A DNA stretch of 64,000 nucleotides from a virus (Duplodnaviria; Caudoviricetes), in the IMG/VR virus record IMGVR_UViG_3300037067_022526, positions 64,001 to 128,000 of that record; one strand, given 5' to 3'. The notes beneath the pieces are model-generated. The model was not told the DNA's origin, made no database searches, and saw only the letters and a program-made list of their open reading frames with translations. Position 1 is the first letter of the stretch. Every line of letters begins with the position of its first letter. The translations under genes and the position numbers were made by a program. Of the stretch, positions 59,086 to 64,000 are shown piece after piece.

Positions 59086-60549
59086 ATGTCTGATAATACA
59101 CCTATCATTGTGGCACCCGGACAAATACAGTTTGAAGGCGGGGGATCTTTTGTCACGGGAACCAAAGCAGTTTTCTTTTTCACTTTTACAGACATAACAG
59201 GCCAACTATATGATCCCTATGATTTTAGTATTGAGATACTAGATCCATCAAGTACTTCTGTCGAAACGGGCACAAATCTAGATAAAGTTGAGCTGGGAAT
59301 TTTTGCTTACTCGTGGAATATACCCAATGACGAGACCGCAGGAAGCCATATCCTAAATCTAAGTTATACTTATGAGACGATTGATGGACCCACTACAGAT
59401 ACACATACTGAAGAATTTATAGTCATTGAATCTGGGCAAACAAGTGGAGATGCCTATACTTACCGACAGGTAGCAAGCAGAGCTTTCCTCGAATCACTAA
59501 TTGGGTATATACAGCGTATACCCATATTCCACGAACCTGCCAGATTTAATAAAGCAAGAACTACTTGTGAATTATCCTTCCCAAGATGGAATCAGTCTGC
59601 GGGTGTTAAAGTTTATCTGAACGGCGACATACAAGAAAGTGGTTATTCCGTAGACTATCTTAAAGGGCGAGTCATTTTCAGCAAGTCTAGATCGTCTTAC
59701 GATGAGACTCATGTGAGCTATAATTTCAGATGGTTTACCGATAGTGAATTGGATAGTTTTATAGAACAAGGTGTTAATGTTGTCAATATATGGCCACCTC
59801 AAAGTGTTTATAATATTAATACCATAGAAGATAGGTGGATTATAGCTGCTGAATATGCTGCTGCTATTAACGTTTATCGTCGTTGGATGAGCGATGTTCA
59901 ATTTCAGGAGCCAATCAAAATATTTGGAAGCTTACAAAGAGCCCAAGAAGTTTTCGGCAACTTTGACTCGATCAAAAAGAACTACGAAGATCAACTCAAT
60001 AAAATGCTAGAAGTAAAGAAATATGGACCATACACTGGCTTGACAAAGACTGTTACGGTGCCGGAGTTTACGCTCCCTGGAGGTAGGTGTTTATCTTATA
60101 ATTCTATGCTTGTTTTTAAGGTAAATAATGAGGATATTCAATCTGACACGATAGAAAATGTATATACATTATTGGAAAATGGAAATGAAATTCGAGTGCG
60201 GTCAGACAACAATGGTGAGTTAAAATTTGAACCGGTTTCTCGTATTTGGGAAACTGGGGCAAAACCATTATTACGAATCGAGGATGAATTTGGTAATTTT
60301 GTGGAAGCATCTGATGAGCATATAATGTTTATTGACAACAAGCCAGTTGCGGCATCCGATGTAAAAGTTGGAGATTTATTAACTATAACATCATTTGAAA
60401 ATATAAGAAACAGTAAAGTGGCATCAATAACACCAGTTGGTGAAACTCTAACTTTCGATATTGAAGTTCCATCAACCGAGAATTTGTTTGTAAATAACAT
60501 TAAATGCCATAACTCAAGGTGGTTCAGATACTTGTTTAGCACTAATTAA
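59086..60549 (+). CDS. Probable virion (neck/connector-like) protein carrying an intein
   Basis: Ig-like N-terminus, YSVDY..G.V.F motif, helical C-terminal region; function inferred. Confidence 0.6.
   Translation: MSDNTPIIVAPGQIQFEGGGSFVTGTKAVFFFTFTDITGQLYDPYDFSIEILDPSSTSVETGTNLDKVELGIFAYSWNIPNDETAGSHILNLSYTYETIDGPTTDTHTEEFIVIESGQTSGDAYTYRQVASRAFLESLIGYIQRIPIFHEPARFNKARTTCELSFPRWNQSAGVKVYLNGDIQESGYSVDYLKGRVIFSKSRSSYDETHVSYNFRWFTDSELDSFIEQGVNVVNIWPPQSVYNINTIEDRWIIAAEYAAAINVYRRWMSDVQFQEPIKIFGSLQRAQEVFGNFDSIKKNYEDQLNKMLEVKKYGPYTGLTKTVTVPEFTLPGGRCLSYNSMLVFKVNNEDIQSDTIENVYTLLENGNEIRVRSDNNGELKFEPVSRIWETGAKPLLRIEDEFGNFVEASDEHIMFIDNKPVAASDVKVGDLLTITSFENIRNSKVASITPVGETLTFDIEVPSTENLFVNNIKCHNSRWFRYLFSTN
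60088..60513 (+). mobile_element. Mini-intein (142 aa, no endonuclease)
   Basis: CLSYNS block A, ASDEH block B, TFDIEV..NLFVNNIKCHN/S blocks F and G. Confidence 0.92.
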
Positions 60550-60634
60550 GTTATTGTGAATAATGAATTTATAAATATTTTGAAAAAATACCATATTCCG
60601 GTATCTTTTTCAAGTTGATGTTGTATAATGTATT

Positions 60635-61549
60635 ATGATAAACGATAATGATTCGGTGACATGTCAAGTATGTGGGAGAGCATTTGATTTAATTCATCCA
60701 AAACATCTGAAACTTCATGGTTTAACTTTCGATCAATACAAAACACAATTCCCAGATGCTCCAACTTGTAGCAAAGCATCTCTTGAGCGTAGAAAAAATT
60801 CTCTAATTGGGCGAGAAATAACCTGGGCTGATAAAATAGCTACTGGTGTAAAAAAGAGCTGGTCGGAAAATAAATTTCAAGGAAGAACTGGAATTCCACT
60901 GTGCGAAGAAAGTCGGAAAAAATTATCTAAAAAATTAATGGGTCATTTGGTTAGCGATGAAACTCGTGTTAAAATTGGCATTGCCGGATTAGGACGAACT
61001 CCCTGGAATAGTGGAATCACCAAAGAAGACGACGAAAGGCTTCGATCTGTTTCTGATAAAATCAGGATATGGAATAAAGAGCATATGACTCCTGAAATAA
61101 GATATCAGATCAGTCAGACATTAAAACAGAAATATGCAGATGGCATGCAAATACCCCAGAGCAAGGGCAATAAAAGAGCTGACTTAGGAATGTATTTCAG
61201 GAGTACATGGGAAGCCAATTATGCTCGTATATTAAATTATGAAAACACAGAATGGGAATATGAAACTGGAAGATTCTCTTTAATGGGAATTGATGGTGAT
61301 ATAATAGCAGTTTATACTCCGGATTTTTTAGTAAATAATAAGTGGATAGAAATTAAAGGACACGCTGATGCTGCCAGTGATTGGGAGTGTGATTGTAAAA
61401 GATGCGATCGAGATAGATTAAAAATGCTTTTATTTGCAGAACAATATCCCGAAGAAGAAATTGAAATTATTGGGAAAACGGAATATAGGAAAATTTCTAA
61501 AAAATATGCATCAATTATTGAAAACTGGGAAAAATCAGCATATGATTAG
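60635..61549 (+). CDS. Free-standing homing-endonuclease-like protein (Zn finger, NUMOD3-like repeats, PD-(D/E)XK nuclease)
   Basis: CQVC..HLKLH, H..S.ETR.KI, FRSTWEAN.A..WEYE..YTPDF..IEIKG. Confidence 0.75.
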   Translation: MINDNDSVTCQVCGRAFDLIHPKHLKLHGLTFDQYKTQFPDAPTCSKASLERRKNSLIGREITWADKIATGVKKSWSENKFQGRTGIPLCEESRKKLSKKLMGHLVSDETRVKIGIAGLGRTPWNSGITKEDDERLRSVSDKIRIWNKEHMTPEIRYQISQTLKQKYADGMQIPQSKGNKRADLGMYFRSTWEANYARILNYENTEWEYETGRFSLMGIDGDIIAVYTPDFLVNNKWIEIKGHADAASDWECDCKRCDRDRLKMLLFAEQYPEEEIEIIGKTEYRKISKKYASIIENWEKSAYD

Positions 61550-61575
61550 AAAAAGTAAAATCAAAGGAGAGTATT

Positions 61576-61980
61576 ATGAATCGCCGTAATTTTTTTAAAA
61601 CCGCTGGAGCTGCCGCTGGAACAGTATTACTTAGTACGCCCAGTAATGCTCTTTCACAGTCTATTGAAACCGATAGTGGTATATGCATAGGCACTGAGCA
61701 TTTCACTAAGGAAGATATTGAAAATATGTGGAACAATCATAACACTCTGAATGTTTGTCTTGATATACTTTTGTCTGATTATCAATCCCTCAGAGATAAC
61801 GGCAAGTTAGATGACTTGCAGCATTTTCATAAGCGTATGAAATCAACTATTGAAAATATAGTAGTTCATCTTTTGCAAAAGCATCCAATGCGAGCTGTGG
61901 GTAAATGGGATAATGGTGAGGATTATATTCCATTGCAATTCTCTAGATCGTTTATCGATAGCATCAAGAATAAATCATGA
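61576..61980 (+). CDS. Protein with twin-arginine (Tat) signal
   Basis: MNRRNFFK followed by a hydrophobic stretch and a possible signal-peptidase site. Confidence 0.6.
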   Translation: MNRRNFFKTAGAAAGTVLLSTPSNALSQSIETDSGICIGTEHFTKEDIENMWNNHNTLNVCLDILLSDYQSLRDNGKLDDLQHFHKRMKSTIENIVVHLLQKHPMRAVGKWDNGEDYIPLQFSRSFIDSIKNKS

Positions 61981-62089
61981 CAGAAATGTTTAATGTATTG
62001 TATAAAAATCACTTTTTCGAAAATAGATGAGAGAGTATCACCTGGAATATGAACATTGATTTTTGTGAGTTACCACTGTATAATACACC

Positions 62090-62572
62090 ATGCTAAATCA
62101 CGGTTTAGATAACGACACGCAAGTCTTCTTTTATGAACAAGAATTCTATGTCTTGTCCAATTTCTCGTCTTTCAGGTTATTCTGGAAAGGACACGATTTT
62201 CCCACATCTGAGCATGCTTATCACTGGGAGAAGTTTTCTAACAATCCAAATTGTCAATCATATATTCTCGAATCGAGATCTGCCCACGATGCTCTCAAGT
62301 GGGCACAATATTGGTCTAATTTAGTGCGACCAGATTGGAATGACATTAAAGTAGATGTCATGCGAGACATTCTTCGTGCCAAAGTCCAACAACATGAATA
62401 TGTCCGTAAAAAACTACTGGAGACAGGTGACCGTGAGATCATAGAGAACTCATGGCGAGACAATTTTTGGGGGTGGGGTCCGGGTAGAGACGGATTAAAT
62501 ATGTTGGGTAAATTGTGGATGGAAGTGCGTAGTGAGATAAAGCACGATGAACATTCATCAATGCAGGAGTAG
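62090..62572 (+). CDS. NADAR (YbiA-like) protein, second copy
   Basis: LSNFS, PTSEHAY, RPDW, LLETG..IIENS..D.FWG..G.NMLG. Confidence 0.92.
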   Translation: MLNHGLDNDTQVFFYEQEFYVLSNFSSFRLFWKGHDFPTSEHAYHWEKFSNNPNCQSYILESRSAHDALKWAQYWSNLVRPDWNDIKVDVMRDILRAKVQQHEYVRKKLLETGDREIIENSWRDNFWGWGPGRDGLNMLGKLWMEVRSEIKHDEHSSMQE

Positions 62573-63601
62573 ATTATGTTGAATAGATCAGTAGGTGGTC
62601 CGTGGCCAGACAGTTGGTTTGTATGGTTGTTCGGGGGGTAACTTTCGCCTAAATACTTGCCGGTGCGGACAGTGTGGCGGTGGATATGGATGGGCTCCCA
62701 ATCTGTACTGCAGATTTAGGAATTGGTACCTTTATTGGTGTTATAAGACATTGCTGCAATTTTTGTCACTTGGCGGCGGTTCTGTTGTTGACCACAATTG
62801 TCAAGATGGATCTCATTATGACTAATAAATATGAATATTATGATTTAACTTGTCGTCTTTCCAAAGAAAACCTATATAACCTCCTCTACGCTTTGGTTAT
62901 GCATAGTGGGGCTATAACTGATACTTCTGTAATCGGTCTAAACACCATTAAATCACTAACTCGACATCAGAATTCATACAGCATGGCTGATTTTCGTATT
63001 CAACTACCTTCTAACCAGAGAAAATCTTTCGAAGATATGTCGAGTCTTGAACTTGTAGATATACCTAAAGTATCGATCAATTCTGAATTTTCGCAAATTT
63101 TGGAGTAAACAATGATTGATAAATTTGGACACAACTGGGAAGGTAATAGAAATTGTGTTTGCCATCACCAATGTATATATTGTGGCGCATTGAGTGGTAC
63201 GTCTGAAGCTTTTGCTAATTGCGTGTCTAATATTGGACCCGCAGGATATGATGTAGAAATAATAGTTCATACTCCAAATGGTGATATTCAACATAACATG
63301 AAATTAGTGAATCTAGATATTTCTAGCAAATCTGGTGTATTTTCACTCCGTGGGGAAATATTGTAAAGGTATCCTTTCCCATTCTGTTGTATAAATCCTT
63401 ATGCTCCAGGTTCTGGATACGTGGGTAATTTCAAGTCATGGTCAGATGTAATGTCTTTCATCGGGATGTTACGTGCAGAAAATATAGAAATACAGAACTT
63501 GAGTTAACGTCCTACCTAAAAATTTCTAAAATTCTGGTTAAATCTCCCGATGTAATGTATAATACACAGTATACATGAAATTTTGTAATGGAGATTGCCA
63601 C

Positions 63602-64000
63602 ATGCCATCCAAAGAACTGACTCCTTTAAGTATCCGATTAAATGATGATGTTATTAGCTGTTTGAAACAAGAAGCTCGTCGTGTTTCTTATGGGGGCAAC
63701 AAGGACGTAAGCTATGTAGACTTAATCCGAGATGCTGTTGCAAATTATGTTGCAGGCATTGAACCGACACACAATCAAGAAACAGTGCGTAGTATTTCGG
63801 TCGAAACGACCGATGATATGCCATTTTCATCGGATAGAATTTCTGATCTCGAATGGCTCAAAAACTTGGATGTGAATGAATGGCTTGAATTATTTGGGCT
63901 AAATTTTAACTCGCGACTATCTTGCTCAATGCAACGTATTATTATGCCAATACTTGAGAAAATGTCAATTCCCAGATCGGTACTAGTTAGAAACGAAGGC
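63602..64000 (+). CDS. RHH-domain fusion protein, 3'-truncated by window edge
   Basis: Translated manually: MPSKELTPLSIRLNDD..LKQEARR..SYVDLIRDAV..; GGAG SD; absent from the ORF track because no stop is reached. Confidence 0.75.
   Translation, partial: MPSKELTPLSIRLNDDVISCLKQEARRVSYGGNKDVSYVDLIRDAVANYVAGIEPTHNQETVRSISVETTDDMPFSSDRISDLEWLKNLDVNEWLELFGLNFNSRLSCSMQRIIMPILEKMSIPRSVLVRNEG

Noticed and set aside
1-64000. Alternative genetic code (stop-codon recoding)
   Set aside because: Conserved genes are intact in the standard code, TAG and TGA both end genes, and no suppressor tRNA is present.

Overview
An AT-rich (roughly 35% GC by eye), densely packed window that reads as part of a very large (jumbo/huge) bacteriophage genome. 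It has no cellular housekeeping operons, many short orphan ORFs behind sigma70 promoters, and virion-like genes at the right end. Left end: a compact type I-C-like CRISPR-Cas locus (cas5-cas8 with internal cas11-cas7-array-cas3-array, minus strand). It has no cas1/cas2/cas4 in the window, uses 36-nt repeats with 29-30-nt spacers, and has several promoter-driven solitary repeats nearby. Middle: hypothetical genes, a KamA radical SAM gene with a high-GC patch, a glycosyltransferase island, seven tRNA genes and a translation/RNA-repair kit (RNA ligase, RtcB, CCA-adding enzyme, two NADARs, RNase HI, DnaJ, sigma factor). Right end: proteases, IS200/IS605 end remnants, a mini-intein next to a free-standing endonuclease, and an RHH fusion protein. 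Best candidate for a new system: a 22-codon leader peptide upstream of the tRNA cluster in which 10 of 11 consecutive codons are read by the downstream phage tRNAs (all seven anticodons represented), set in a 1:2/2:3/3:4 attenuator fold. This suggests a tRNA-depletion-sensing switch. Second candidate: CRISPR repeats placed at the translation starts of cas3 and other genes. All calls come from motif reading only; no searches or folding programs were run.
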